A stretch of 64,000 nt of DNA from an uncultured Alphaproteobacteria bacterium (GCA_963814455.1 CAWFCR010000007.1:1865-65864); one strand, 5' to 3'; counted from the stretch's first letter, positions 51,483 through 63,226 are shown. Notes: generated by a model from the sequence alone, not told the origin. Numbers and translations are program-made.

Positions 51483-51541
51483 ACTGAGCGGGCACAATGC
51501 CCGCTCAGTAGCATGACGAACGGCAAACGGCAGGATCGACA
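51483..51541 (-). promoter_or_regulatory. ECF42-type promoter followed by a 12-bp 5' hairpin
   Basis: Minus strand TGTCGA(51541-51536)-17 nt-CGTC(51518-51515); perfect stem ACTGAGCGGGCA-3 nt-TGCCCGCTCAGT at 51483-51509. Confidence 0.7.
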
Positions 51542-51556
51542 TGACCCGGAACAAAT

Positions 51557-52249
51557 TTACGACACCTCCCTCAACTCGCCGGCTTCCAGCACCTTGGCGG
51601 TGTTGCCGTATGCTCTTTCCAGATGGGCGCCCATGGCTGACCGCGCGAGTTCCGGGTTGTTGCTCTTCAGTGCGCGGATGATTTCGCGGTGCTGTTCCAA
51701 CGTCGCCTCCGCTTCGCCAGCGCGCGGCAGCATCATGTAACGGCAGCGGTCGAGCTGCGCCTTTGAAATCTCGATGGCCCGCCACAGCCTCGGCAGGTCG
51801 CTGATTTCGGCAATGGTGCGATGGAATTTGTCGTCGACGGCGATGGCTTCTTCATAGTCGCGGCGTTCGATGACGCGGGCGTGGGAGAGCAGGAGATCGG
51901 ACAAAGCATCGGCATGGGCATCAGTCATGCGGGCAGCGGCTTGTGCGGCACTTTCCATTTCCAGAGCGCGGCGGATGATATAGGCTTGCTCCACTTCGTG
52001 GCGGTCAATCAGCGAGGCCTTGGTGCCAGACTGCGCGATCACATCAACCAGGTGCTCGTCACTGAGTTTCTTTACCGCCTCACGTACAGGCGTGCGGGAA
52101 ACTTTAAGTAAGGCCGCGATCTGTTTCTCGTCGATGACTTCACCTGGCGTGATTTTTCCCGTCAGAATGAGCCCACGCACCAGCGCGTAAATCTGCTCTC
52201 GCATTGGAAGGCTGCGATCCAGCCGCGCCTTGGTGAGGATTGCTTCCAT
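51557..52249 (-). CDS. GntR family regulator (FCD domain)
   Basis: VSRTPVREA helix-turn-helix, RRALE, DDKFH, EQHREII; start at 52249 or 52258. Confidence 0.9.
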   Translation of the reverse strand: MEAILTKARLDRSLPMREQIYALVRGLILTGKITPGEVIDEKQIAALLKVSRTPVREAVKKLSDEHLVDVIAQSGTKASLIDRHEVEQAYIIRRALEMESAAQAAARMTDAHADALSDLLLSHARVIERRDYEEAIAVDDKFHRTIAEISDLPRLWRAIEISKAQLDRCRYMMLPRAGEAEATLEQHREIIRALKSNNPELARSAMGAHLERAYGNTAKVLEAGELREVS

Positions 52250-52273
52250 AACTGTCATACTAATATAACAGTT
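52250..52273. promoter_or_regulatory. Palindromic GntR operator candidate
   Basis: AACTGTCATACTAATATAACAGTT, 20 of 24 positions self-complementary, between gntR and the divergent catabolic operon. Confidence 0.65.
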
Positions 52274-52337
52274 CTGGACAGCCAAACGGAATCCTGATTA
52301 GCTGTTGTAAAAAAGCAAAACGAGCGGGAGGGACGTC

Positions 52338-53389
<1,052 letters not shown>

Positions 53390-53390
<1 letters not shown>

Positions 53391-54534
53391 TGGCCAAGAA
53401 GAAACTCAATGTCGGCATGGTGGGTTATGGCTTCATGGGCCGCACCCATTCCAACGCCTTCTCGCAAGTGGGCCATTTCTTCGATCTGCCCTATCAGCCT
53501 GTGTTGAAGGCGGCCTGCGCCCGCGATCCGGAAAAACTCAAGGGCTTTGCCGACCAGTGGGGCTACGAGTCGACCGAAACCGATTGGCGCAAACTGATCG
53601 CGCGCAAGGACATCGACCTCATCGACATCGCCAGCCCCAACGATACGCACAAGGAAATAGCCATAGCCGCCGCAGCCGCCGGCAAGATGGTGATGTGCGA
53701 AAAACCGCTGGGCCGCAACGCCGCCGAAAGCCGCGAAATGGTGCAGAGCGGTGGAGAAGGCCAAGGTCGCCAACATGGTCTGGTACAATTACCGCCGTGT
53801 GCCCGCCGTGACGCTCGCCAAGCAGTTCATTGATGAAGGCAAGCTCGGCAAGATATTCCATTATCGCGCCAAGTTCCTGCAGGACTGGACAATTTCAGCC
53901 GACCTGCCGCAGGGAGGCCAAGGCCTGTGGCGTCTTGATGTCAGCGTGGCGGGAAGCGGCGTCACCGGCGATCTGCTGGCGCATTGCATTGATACGGCCA
54001 TGTGGCTCAACGGCGGCATCGACAAGGTTGTCGGCATGACCGAAACCTTCATCAAGGAACGCCATCACGCGCTCACCGGCAAGACCGAAAAGGTCGGCAT
54101 TGATGATGCAAGCCTTTTCCTCGCCCGCTTCGACAATGGCTCGCTCGCCAACTTCGAGGCAACGCGTTATGCGCGCGGCCACAAGGCGCTCTACACGCTC
54201 GAAATCAACGGCGAGAAGGCATCCATCTGCTGGGACCTGCATGACCTTGCACCGCCTGCAATATTTCGACCACCGCGATGAGGGCCGCACGCGCGGCTGG
54301 CGCTCTATTCACATCACTGATGGCGATCATCCCTACATGGCGAAGTGGTGGGTGCCCGGATTGCAGATCGGCTACGAACACTCGTTCATTCATCAGGCGG
54401 CGGATTTCATCGAAGGTCTTGCATCAGGCACCGCCGCGAGCCCGACATTCAGGGATGCATTGGCAACCGATCTTGTCACCGATGCCGTGCTCAAGTCGGC
54501 GCGAACCGGTGCCTGGGAAAGCGCGAAAGCGTGA
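53390..54534 (+). CDS. Gfo/Idh/MocA oxidoreductase, frameshifts near 53745 and 54250
   Basis: [40 protein letters not shown]. Confidence 0.88.
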
Positions 54535-54649
54535 TGCCCAAAAACTATGCTTTGCTGCAACGCAATGTTTTTTATCAGACAAATCGAGGAGCGATCGCTT
54601 GCAAGGTGCATTGAGTCAGGTAGTGTGTTGATGATAGAAAATCCGATAC

Positions 54650-55755
54650 TTGGGGAGTTTTGAAGGCGTGACGGCAGAGTCCAGACCAGCGTTAAAATTG
54701 GATGGCGTGAGCAAGGCCTATGGCCCGGTTCGCGCCTTGGACAAATTGAGCTTCAGCGTACCCGAAGGCCGCTTCTTTGTTCTGTTCGGGCCAAGCTCCG
54801 TCGGCAAGACCACGACGCTGCGCACCATCGCCGGTCTTGTTCCGCCGGACTCAGGCAGTGTCGAGATTTTCGGCAAGGATATGACGTCAGCACCCATTGC
54901 TGGCCGCGGCGTCTCCATGGTGTTCCAATCCTTCGCGCTCTATCCCCACCTCACGGTGTTCGATAACCTTGCCTATCCGCTGCGTGAGGAGAAGGTTGCG
55001 CGCGCTGAAATCACCAAGCGGGTGAACGAGACCGCGACCATGCTCAAACTGGCCCACCGGCTGGAACGCAAGCCCAATACGCTATCTGGCGGCGAACAGC
55101 AGCGGGTCGCGCTTGGCCGTTCGCTTGTTCGCCGTCCGCGCATTTTGCTGCTCGACGAGCCGCTCACCAATCTTGATGCCAAGCTGCGGCACGACATGCG
55201 CGCCGAATTGAAGCGCCTGCACCGCCAGTTCGGATTGACCATCGTTTACGCAACGCCTGATGAACTCGAAGCCTTGTCGATGGGCGAGGAAATCGCCGTC
55301 ATGCGTGATGGCGCAGTCGTTCAACTCGGCACGCCTGACGAACTCTATGACAATCCGGCCGACACTTATGTGGCGGGCAAGATTGGCTCGCCCCACATGA
55401 ACATGGTCAATGCCGTCTTCAACAAGGACGGCAAGTCTCTGCAAACGCCATTCGGCGCCATCGTGGTGAACCGCAAGGTCAAGGCCGCTGGCGGCGAGAA
55501 GGTTTGCTGGGCATCCGCCCAAGCGACATTTCGCTCGGTGCTGCCACCAAGGCCACGCTGAGCTCGCGCGTTCACATGCTGGAGCCGCTGGGCGATGTCA
55601 CCATCGTTTCGGTGGAGACGGCGGGAGAAACGCTGAGAGTCGTGCTGCCGGAATCCAGGGCCAGCGCCTTGAAGCCCGGCGACAAGGCAGGAATTACAAT
55701 AGACCCAAAAAAGATCCACATCTTCCGTTCCGCGAGCGGCGAGGCTTTTGCCTGA
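54650..55755 (+). CDS. Sugar ABC transporter ATPase with TOBE domain, frameshift near 55505
   Basis: GPSSVGKT, VFQSFALYPH, LSGGEQQR, LLDEP, YATPD; GIRP..EPLG in the next frame. Confidence 0.88.
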
Positions 55756-55802
55756 GGCTTTCGGTAAGAAGGAACAAGGTCAACCCAAGGGAGGAAACCT
55801 AA

Positions 55803-57236
55803 ATGACCGTTATGCAGAAGATAAGCGGATGGGCAACAGCCGCAGGCTTTGCCGCAACCCTGATGACAGGGGCAGCAACTCTTGCTTCCGCCGAAGAAGT
55901 GACGCTGACCATGGCTGTGCCGGATTGGCCGCCAACCCGCATCATGAAGAAGATGTTCGACGAGCAGTACAAATCGAAGTCTGGCAACACCGTGAAGCTC
56001 GAAGTCGACTTCATTCCGTGGCCGGATTTCTATACCCGCGTCAATGCCTCGCTGACATCTGGCGAACAGAAGTACAACTTCGCAGTTTCGGATTCGCAGT
56101 GGCTCGGCGCCTTCGTTGAAGGCGGTTACTTCCGCAAGGTCAACGACCTCATCGACGCCGATCCGGAATTGAAGAAGACAATGGAAGATATGCATCCGGC
56201 GCCGCTGAATGCCTATTCGACCTACCCGAACTCGACGCCGAACTATTACGGCTTCCCGCAGTTCCCGGACGTGCTGGTGAATTTCGCCCGTTCAGACATC
56301 CTCTGCAACGAGGAAGAGCAAAAGAACTTCCAGGCCAAGTACAGCAAGAAGCTGGCCTGCACCGGTGAAGAGCTGGATGCAATGACCTGGGACGACTTCA
56401 AGAACGTTGGCGAATTCTTCCAGCGCAAGAAGGGCGACATGCTCGCCGGCAAGCCTGCCGAAGATGATTTCTACGGCATCGCTTTCCAAGCTGGCAAAGG
56501 CTACGACTTCTCGTCGATGCAGATCAACGGTTTCATCTGGCAGATGGGCGGCGGCACCTGGGATGAAACCAAGCAGCCCAAAGGTCAGGCTGAAGGCGTG
56601 GTCAACTCGCCGGAAGCTATCGCTGCTCTCGACAAGTACCTGAGCTTTATCCAGTACATGCCGCCAGTCGCCAAGACCGGAACCATGGACATTTTCGTTT
56701 CGGACCAGTTGTTCCGCGAAGGCAAGGTGGCCATGAACATCGACTGGATCGGCTTGGGCGAAGCCTCGCTCGATCCGAAGACTTCGAAAGTCTCTGACAA
56801 GCTGGTCTTCGGCATGGCTCCCGGCACAATGGGCGCTGATGGCAAGATGGTTCGCTGGTCGAACATCGGCGGTCAGCCCTTCGTGCTGACGACCTGGACT
56901 ACGCCAACCCAGCTCACCGAAGCCATGGGCTTTGTGAAGTGGTGGTTGTCGCCTGAAATCCAGCACCAGTTTGCTGCATCAGGTGGCCAGTCCGCCATGA
57001 AGTCGGTGTTCACCGATCCGAAGTATGTGACCTACCGTCCGTGGAACCGGGCCTGGGCTGCCTCGCTGGATTGGCAGAAGGACGTCTGGCACGTGCCGCA
57101 GTTCTTCGAGTTGCTCACCCAGCAGCAGGACCAGTTCGACCTTGCCATAACCGGCAAGCAGGACGCCAAGACCACGCTCGACAACGTAGCCAAGTTCCAG
57201 CAGGACCTGCTGAAGAACGCCGGCCTCATCGAGTAG
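55803..57236 (+). CDS. Carbohydrate ABC (CUT1) substrate-binding protein
   Basis: Signal peptide ..ASA|EE, DSQWLG, GVVNSPE, IGGQP; strongly biased codon usage. Confidence 0.9.
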   Translation: MTVMQKISGWATAAGFAATLMTGAATLASAEEVTLTMAVPDWPPTRIMKKMFDEQYKSKSGNTVKLEVDFIPWPDFYTRVNASLTSGEQKYNFAVSDSQWLGAFVEGGYFRKVNDLIDADPELKKTMEDMHPAPLNAYSTYPNSTPNYYGFPQFPDVLVNFARSDILCNEEEQKNFQAKYSKKLACTGEELDAMTWDDFKNVGEFFQRKKGDMLAGKPAEDDFYGIAFQAGKGYDFSSMQINGFIWQMGGGTWDETKQPKGQAEGVVNSPEAIAALDKYLSFIQYMPPVAKTGTMDIFVSDQLFREGKVAMNIDWIGLGEASLDPKTSKVSDKLVFGMAPGTMGADGKMVRWSNIGGQPFVLTTWTTPTQLTEAMGFVKWWLSPEIQHQFAASGGQSAMKSVFTDPKYVTYRPWNRAWAASLDWQKDVWHVPQFFELLTQQQDQFDLAITGKQDAKTTLDNVAKFQQDLLKNAGLIE

Positions 57237-57245
57237 CATGAAACC

Positions 57246-57280
57246 GGGGACGCGCGTAGAAGCGCGTCCCCCCTTTTTTT
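57246..57280 (+). terminator. Intrinsic terminator / stabilising hairpin after the binding-protein gene
   Basis: GGGGACGCGC-GTAGAA-GCGCGTCCCC followed by a T7 run. Confidence 0.8.
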
Positions 57281-57297
57281 GATTGATGCCTGTACCC

Positions 57298-58359
57298 ATG
57301 AGCACTGTCACACGGGATATTCCCGCTCCTCCACTTTTCACGCCAGATGCCAGCAACTGGAAGCTCGCGATCCTCGCCGGGCTCGTTGTATCTGTCATAG
57401 CCATGCTGGCCTTGCCGGCAATGATTTCATTCTGGGTAGTGGGCGCCATGGCTGCGCTTGTCGCCGCGGCCTTTGCCGTCAATGCCTATCGCCGCAAATA
57501 CTATGGCGGCCTTCTTGTGGCGCCCGCCATCGCAGTTCTGTTCGTGATGAACATCTTCCCTCTGCTTTGGTCGCTCGGGCTTTCATTCTTTGCTTATCAG
57601 TCAAACCAGCAGTCCATCCGCTTTGTGGGGTTGAACAACTATATCAAGATTCTGACCAACGACCTGGCCGCTGCCGACAATTGGAAGGCGTTCATTAACA
57701 CGGCGATGTTCGTCGTGCTGACGGTCGCAGCCCAGATGGTAATCGGCTTTCTCTTGGCGATGCTGTTCTCCAAGCAATTCCCCTTGCGGAAATACCTGCT
57801 CATCCTGGTGCTGACGCCAATGATGCTCTCAGTGGTCGCGTCAGGCGTGTTCTTCTCTTACTATTACGATCCGACCTTCGGCATCCTCAGCTATGTCATT
57901 GGCGAAATCACGGGTAATCAGTTCATTCTGATGGACAACAAGGTCGGCGCAGTATCAGGCATCGTGTTTGCTGACGCCTGGATGTGGTCTCCCTTCGTCA
58001 TGCTTCTGGTGCTGGCAGGTCTCGTCTCGGTGCCAAAGTATTTGTATGAAGCCGCCGCCATTGACCGTGTCTCCGGTTGGCGTCAGTTCTGGAGCATTAC
58101 GTTTCCCTATATTCGCGGTTTGCTCATGCTGGCGCTGCTGTTCCGCACCATCGAAGCTTTCAAACTGGCGGATCTCGTGATCCTGCTCACCAAGGGTGGC
58201 AATGACACGATGACCATTTCATACCATCTCATTCGCATTGCCAACGAGCAGAACAAGACAAGCGAAGGCGCTGCAATCTCCTATGTCATGCTTTTCATGG
58301 TGATCGTCCTGACCAATCTCTATCTCTATCTGGCCAACCGCCGCAGCCAGGGAACGTGA
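57298..58359 (+). CDS. Carbohydrate ABC permease
   Basis: FVGLNNY, W.WSPF, YEAAAIDRVS EAA loop. Confidence 0.9.
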   Translation: MSTVTRDIPAPPLFTPDASNWKLAILAGLVVSVIAMLALPAMISFWVVGAMAALVAAAFAVNAYRRKYYGGLLVAPAIAVLFVMNIFPLLWSLGLSFFAYQSNQQSIRFVGLNNYIKILTNDLAAADNWKAFINTAMFVVLTVAAQMVIGFLLAMLFSKQFPLRKYLLILVLTPMMLSVVASGVFFSYYYDPTFGILSYVIGEITGNQFILMDNKVGAVSGIVFADAWMWSPFVMLLVLAGLVSVPKYLYEAAAIDRVSGWRQFWSITFPYIRGLLMLALLFRTIEAFKLADLVILLTKGGNDTMTISYHLIRIANEQNKTSEGAAISYVMLFMVIVLTNLYLYLANRRSQGT

Positions 58360-58361
58360 TC

Positions 58362-59297
58362 ATGGCTACTCTTGCTGAGAAACTTGGCTTCAAGAAAGCT
58401 TCTGGCGTCAGCGAAGCTGGCTGGGGACATACGCTCCTCGTGGCCGTCGTTTCGTTCATCTACTTTCTGCCTGTTTTGATGATCATCTTCACGGCCATCA
58501 AACCCGCTGACCAGGCCTTGTCTGTTCCTCCAACGCTTTCACCGACTTCGATTTTCGGCCTCATACCTGATAAATATGTATTCACGCCTACACTGGAAAA
58601 CTTTGGCCAGGTATTTTCGCGTGTCATGACAGTTGGCGGACAGCCAGAGGCAACGGGTTTTGACAGGTTCTTCTTCAACTCGTTTTTCATTTCGTCTGTT
58701 TCCGTGCTTGTGGCGCTGGTCATTGGCACTCTCGCCGCTTATGGCTTCTCGCGCTATCCGCTGAAGGGCAATGATACTTATCTCTTCATCATTCTCACAA
58801 CGCGCATGCTGCCTGCGATTGTTGTGATCATTCCAGTCATCCTTATGTTCCGTGCTGCTGGCCTGTCTGGCTCCTATCTTGGCATTATCCTGCTCTACAC
58901 GGCATTCAACCTCGCCTTCACCATCTGGATGATGAAAAGTTTCTTTGACGAGCTTTCAACAGACGTCGAAGATGCTGCGCGGATCGACGGCTCATCCGAA
59001 CCCAAGGTGTTCTGGAAAATCTGCCTTCCGCAGGTGGTTGCTGGCCTGGCGGCGACATTTGTGTTCGGTCTGATCCTCACTTGGAACGAGTTTCTGTTTG
59101 CGCTTCTGTTGACCGGCGTTGACACAAGAACGGTTCCTGTCGCCATGAACCAGGCTGTTTCTTCCGGAGGCCGCGGCACGGACTGGACCTTGCTTGCATC
59201 CATTGAAACCCTGTTCCTTATTCCTGTATTCCTCGTGACCTTCTTCCTGCAGGATCACTTGCTGCGCGGCGTGACCTTCGGAACGGTGAAGAAGTAG
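58362..59297 (+). CDS. Carbohydrate ABC permease
   Basis: PTLENF, AAYGFSR, EDAARIDG, WNEFLFAL. Confidence 0.9.
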   Translation: MATLAEKLGFKKASGVSEAGWGHTLLVAVVSFIYFLPVLMIIFTAIKPADQALSVPPTLSPTSIFGLIPDKYVFTPTLENFGQVFSRVMTVGGQPEATGFDRFFFNSFFISSVSVLVALVIGTLAAYGFSRYPLKGNDTYLFIILTTRMLPAIVVIIPVILMFRAAGLSGSYLGIILLYTAFNLAFTIWMMKSFFDELSTDVEDAARIDGSSEPKVFWKICLPQVVAGLAATFVFGLILTWNEFLFALLLTGVDTRTVPVAMNQAVSSGGRGTDWTLLASIETLFLIPVFLVTFFLQDHLLRGVTFGTVKK

Positions 59298-60386
59298 ATG
59301 TCTACGATTGAAGTACAAAAAGTCACCAAAAGGTTTGGCGATTTTGTTGCCGTCAAGGATGTCGATCTCGCGGTCAAGGCAGGTGAGGTTGTGTGCCTCC
59401 TCGGTCCGTCAGGTTGCGGCAAGACGACAACGTTGCGGATGATTGCCGGACTGGAGCGCGTGACGTCTGGCGATGTCATCATCGCCGGACGCAACATGAA
59501 CGAGTTGTCGCCTGAAAAGCGCGACATTGCCATGGTCTTCCAATTCTATGCGCTCTATCCGGCGCTCACGGTCGGCCAGAATATCGCCATGCCGCTGCAC
59601 TACGAAAAGCTCGGCAAGGAAGAAACAGACAAGCGCGTCATGCGCGTGGCGAAAATCCTGCATTTGAACGATGTGCTGGACCGTATGCCGGGCCAGGTAT
59701 CGGAAGGCGAGAAGCAGCGCATTGCGGTAGCCCGCGCCATCGTGCGTGATCCCAACTGCTTTCTGTTTGATGAGCCATTGTCCCGGCTTGATGTTGAACT
59801 GCGGCATTCCATGCGCGGCCAGATCAAGGAAGTGCTGTCAAATCTGTCCAAGGCAACGGTCATCGTGACGCATGACCAGCTTGAGGCGCTTACCATGGCG
59901 GACCGTATCGCCATCATGCGCGATGGGTTGATCGAGCAGATTGGCACTCCCCATGAAGTATTTGCCAAGCCTGCCAACGTGTTCGTGGCGAGCTTCATCG
60001 GTACGCCGCAGATGAATTTGATTGAAGCGGAGCTGAAGGGCTTCGCGAAGGGCAAAGCTACTATTGGCTTCGACAAGCAGAATGTGAGCTTTGGTGTTAA
60101 TCCAGCGGTGCAAGGGCTGAAGCCCGGCAAGGTGACAGTCGGCATCCGCCCGCGTGCCTTTACAGTCGTTTCTTCCGACACCAAGGATACGATCGAAGCA
60201 GTTGCCGAATTGATCGAGCCGATGGGCGCCGAAACCCTTATTCATGCCCGCACCAAGACCGGCAACGATATCCGCGTTGTGGTGCCGCGTGACAGGCGGG
60301 TGAAGGCCGGAGAGAAGCTGCATCTGGTGCCCGACCCAGCCCAGACCCACGTTTTTGGTGATGACGGAAAGGCGGTGCGCGCATGA
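59298..60386 (+). CDS. Second sugar ABC transporter ATPase
   Basis: GPSGCGKT, VFQFYALYP, signature VSEGEKQ, FDEP, VTHDQ, TOBE. Confidence 0.9.
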   Translation: MSTIEVQKVTKRFGDFVAVKDVDLAVKAGEVVCLLGPSGCGKTTTLRMIAGLERVTSGDVIIAGRNMNELSPEKRDIAMVFQFYALYPALTVGQNIAMPLHYEKLGKEETDKRVMRVAKILHLNDVLDRMPGQVSEGEKQRIAVARAIVRDPNCFLFDEPLSRLDVELRHSMRGQIKEVLSNLSKATVIVTHDQLEALTMADRIAIMRDGLIEQIGTPHEVFAKPANVFVASFIGTPQMNLIEAELKGFAKGKATIGFDKQNVSFGVNPAVQGLKPGKVTVGIRPRAFTVVSSDTKDTIEAVAELIEPMGAETLIHARTKTGNDIRVVVPRDRRVKAGEKLHLVPDPAQTHVFGDDGKAVRA

Positions 60387-60827
60387 GCCTTGAACCGCAA
60401 TCAGGAATGGGCAGGGTAGCAGCGCTGCGCATGGAGTATGCCATCATCGGCCTTGGCATTCTGGCGCTGGTCATGATTTTCCAGCCCTTCAGCCTCGCCA
60501 TCTTCGGCATTGGCAGCGCGCTTGGTGGTGCTGGCCGGCCTCATCAACAATTTGCTGCCGCTGGCTCAACCACAAGTACCGTCACGCTCCGTGGTGACGA
60601 TTGCCATGGTGGTGGCCATGATCTTCTGCATCGTGCTGCTGGTCTCGATTTTTGCGGCATACCTCTACGGAGCCTTCTTCCTCAAGCCGCCAGACCCCAA
60701 TACAGTGACCGGCAAAGCCATGCTCAACGCCACGCCCTGGTACCTGCACAGCTTCACCTGGACTGTCGCAGCCGTGGCTGCTGGCCTCGCCATTTTCATC
60801 TACATAAGATCGCGCGCCGTAAAATAA
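60383..60827 (+). CDS. Small four-TM hypothetical membrane protein, frameshift near 60520
   Basis: Two hydrophobic frames join (..MIFQPFSLAIFGIG / VVLAGLINNLLP..); ATGA-coupled to the ATPase. Confidence 0.65.
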
Positions 60828-60831
60828 CGCC

Positions 60832-61777
60832 ATGCGCTACGATGTTTCGGTCATCGGCCTCTACATACTTGACGTGCTGGGAAGGCCGGTCACCCGCATT
60901 CCGGATGGCGGCGGCGTCGATTTCATTGAAGAAATCAGGTTGACGGTTGCGGGCACTGCTGGCGGCACTGTCATCGACACGGCCAAACTTGGCTTGAAAA
61001 GCCTCGCCGTCGGCGCAGTGGGGGATGATGAGAAGGCCGATTGGGTGCTTCACACCATGCAGAAGCACGGCATCGACACCTCTGCCATGCAGCGGCTCAA
61101 GGGCGTGCCGACCTCCGCCACAATCTTGAATGTGCGGCCGAATGGAGACAGGCCGGCATTGCATGTGCGCGGCGCTTCGGACCATTTCGATGTGCCGCCT
61201 GCGATCTATGATCAGGTGTTCGACGCGCCCATCATTATGCTGGGTGGAACAGGCCTTCTCGCGCGGCTCGATGGCGAAGGTGGCCTGAGGCTTTTGAAAG
61301 AAGCCAAGCGCCGTGGGCGGACGACAGTATTCGACCTGATCGGTGCCACAGCCGAGACGGCGCGGATCGTTCTGCCGCTCTTGCCGTACATCAACTACTT
61401 CATGCCGTCGATTGAGGAAGCGCGCGCCATGTCAGGCGAAGCCAGCGCCTTGGATTGCGCCAGCTACTTTCTCGCAAAAGGGGCGCAATGCTGCATCTTC
61501 ACGTTAGGCGCTGAGGGCGCATTCTACGCGCACAGTGATGGCACCCGCATTTCCCACTCCGCTTACGATGTTCAGGTTGTTGATACGACTGGCTGTGGCG
61601 ACGCCTTCGATGCGGGCTTCATCACGGCACTTCATCACAAGATGGATGTGGATACTGCGCTGCGGTTTGCACAAGCCTCGGCCGGCCTCGTCGCCACTGG
61701 GCTGGGCTCCGATGCTGGCATCGTCTCCTTTGCCGATACGCTGGAGAAGATGAAATCCTGGAAGATGAAAGACCTAA
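60832..61777 (+). CDS. PfkB carbohydrate kinase (native stop probably lost by an indel near 61770)
   Basis: AGTAGG, GAVGDD, PSIEEA, TLGAEG, DTTGCGDAF. Confidence 0.87.
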
Positions 61778-62544
61778 ACGGCGGTATAGCCACCGTCGAT
61801 CAGCAGGTCCTGCCCATTCACCAGATCGGAAGCAGAAGACGCAAGGAACAGGATCATGTCGGCGACTTCTATCGGTTTGCCGAAGCGCGCTGCCGGAATC
61901 TTGGCCTTCATCGGGTCACCTTTTTCCGGCTTGCCCCATACAGTCTCGCCCATCGGCGTGAGGATGACGGTGGGGCAGACCGAGTTGATCTGGATGTTGT
62001 GTTTGGCCCACTCGATTGTCATCACCTTGGTCAGCATGTTGAGCCCGCCCTTGGAGGCGGAATAGGCGCCGTGCGCTTCCAGTGCGACAACGCCAGCCTG
62101 CGACGAAATGTTGATGATCTTGCCGGAGCCCCGCTTGATCATTTGCGGCGCCAGCGCCTGCGCCATCAGGAATGGCGCCCGCAGGTTGACCGCCATGGTC
62201 ATGTCCCAATCGGCGATTGATGCCTTCAAAAGCGGGTCGAGCAGCGCGATGCCGGCATTGTTGACCAGAATGTCGATGTGGCCGAAGGCGGCAAGCGCCT
62301 GTTGCGCTGCCTTGGTGGGGCCATCGGTGGTTGCCATGTCTGCCGAAATCGCCACGCATTTCCGGCCCATGGCCTTCACCGCCGCTGCAACTTCCGCAAG
62401 CCCGCTGGCATCCCGGCCGACGGCGGCAATGTCCGCGCCCGCATCCGCCAACACCTTGCAGGTCTCAAAGCCAATGCCCTTGGTTGCGCCGGTGACCACG
62501 GCGGTCTTGCCGGCCAGCGAAAATCTTTTTGTCCATTCAGTCAT
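61774..62544 (-). CDS. SDR polyol dehydrogenase, threitol/L-xylulose-reductase-like
   Basis: TGATKGIG, NNAG, YSASK, NSVCPTVILTPMG..VWG, IDGGYT. Confidence 0.82.
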   Translation of the reverse strand: MTEWTKRFSLAGKTAVVTGATKGIGFETCKVLADAGADIAAVGRDASGLAEVAAAVKAMGRKCVAISADMATTDGPTKAAQQALAAFGHIDILVNNAGIALLDPLLKASIADWDMTMAVNLRAPFLMAQALAPQMIKRGSGKIINISSQAGVVALEAHGAYSASKGGLNMLTKVMTIEWAKHNIQINSVCPTVILTPMGETVWGKPEKGDPMKAKIPAARFGKPIEVADMILFLASSASDLVNGQDLLIDGGYTAV

Positions 62545-62609
62545 TGTCTTGCTCCCTCAAGTCCGCAATCATTCCTGCTACAAGCCATGCAAGTCAACGG
62601 GAGTGCGCC

Positions 62610-62939
62610 ATGCAGCGAATGAGCCACATCATCCATGTGAAGCCGGAGATCATTGCCGAATACAAGCGCATCCATGCTGCCGTCTGGCCGGAAATCCTCA
62701 AGGCCATCCACGACAGCAACATCCGCAACTATTCGATCTTCCTGAAGCAGCCGGAGAACCTGCTCATCGCCTATTGGGAATATGTGGGAACCGACTTCAG
62801 GGCCGACATGGAGAAGATCAGGCACGCGCCCCGCATGCAGGAATGGTGGGACATTACCGACCCCATGCAGGTGCCGCTGGACACGCGAAAGCCGGGCGAA
62901 TGGTGGGCCAGCGCCGAGGAAGTGTTCCACACGGATTGA
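62610..62939 (+). CDS. L-rhamnose mutarotase family protein
   Basis: EYKRIHAAVWPE, IRNYSIF, QEWW, EVFH. Confidence 0.88.
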   Translation: MQRMSHIIHVKPEIIAEYKRIHAAVWPEILKAIHDSNIRNYSIFLKQPENLLIAYWEYVGTDFRADMEKIRHAPRMQEWWDITDPMQVPLDTRKPGEWWASAEEVFHTD

Positions 62940-62950
62940 ACTTTGGACTA

Positions 62951-63226
62951 TTAACTTAAGAGTGATTGGTTGGTTCTCCCAGTGGTGTAGCCAACACCAA
63001 CTGATACTGAATAGTCGCCGCATGCTGGAGAGTACTGGACATCTATGCTAACACCATAAGCGTTGCCTTGGTCCTCAGTCGTTGTTTCGGGCGGCGGTGC
63101 TTGCCACATGACATATCCGTCCACGTTTCGGCTGAGAGACAGTTGCGGAAAATTCAAAAATCCCATTTCCACCGATAACGCGCACTGTAAGGATCCCAAT
63201 GCACCGCCTGGAATTCGGTCTACCAT
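62951..63226 (-). CDS. Hypothetical protein or gene fragment in the low-GC segment
   Basis: 91-aa ORF whose ATG overlaps the stop of the upstream ORF; no recognisable motif. Confidence 0.3.
   Translation of the reverse strand: MVDRIPGGALGSLQCALSVEMGFLNFPQLSLSRNVDGYVMWQAPPPETTTEDQGNAYGVSIDVQYSPACGDYSVSVGVGYTTGRTNQSLLS

Noticed and set aside
61778-62220. Apparent 150-aa C-terminal extension of PfkB overlapping the SDR antisense
   Set aside because: Removing one A near 61770 gives AAG ACC TAA at the normal PfkB end; the extension is the antisense shadow of the SDR
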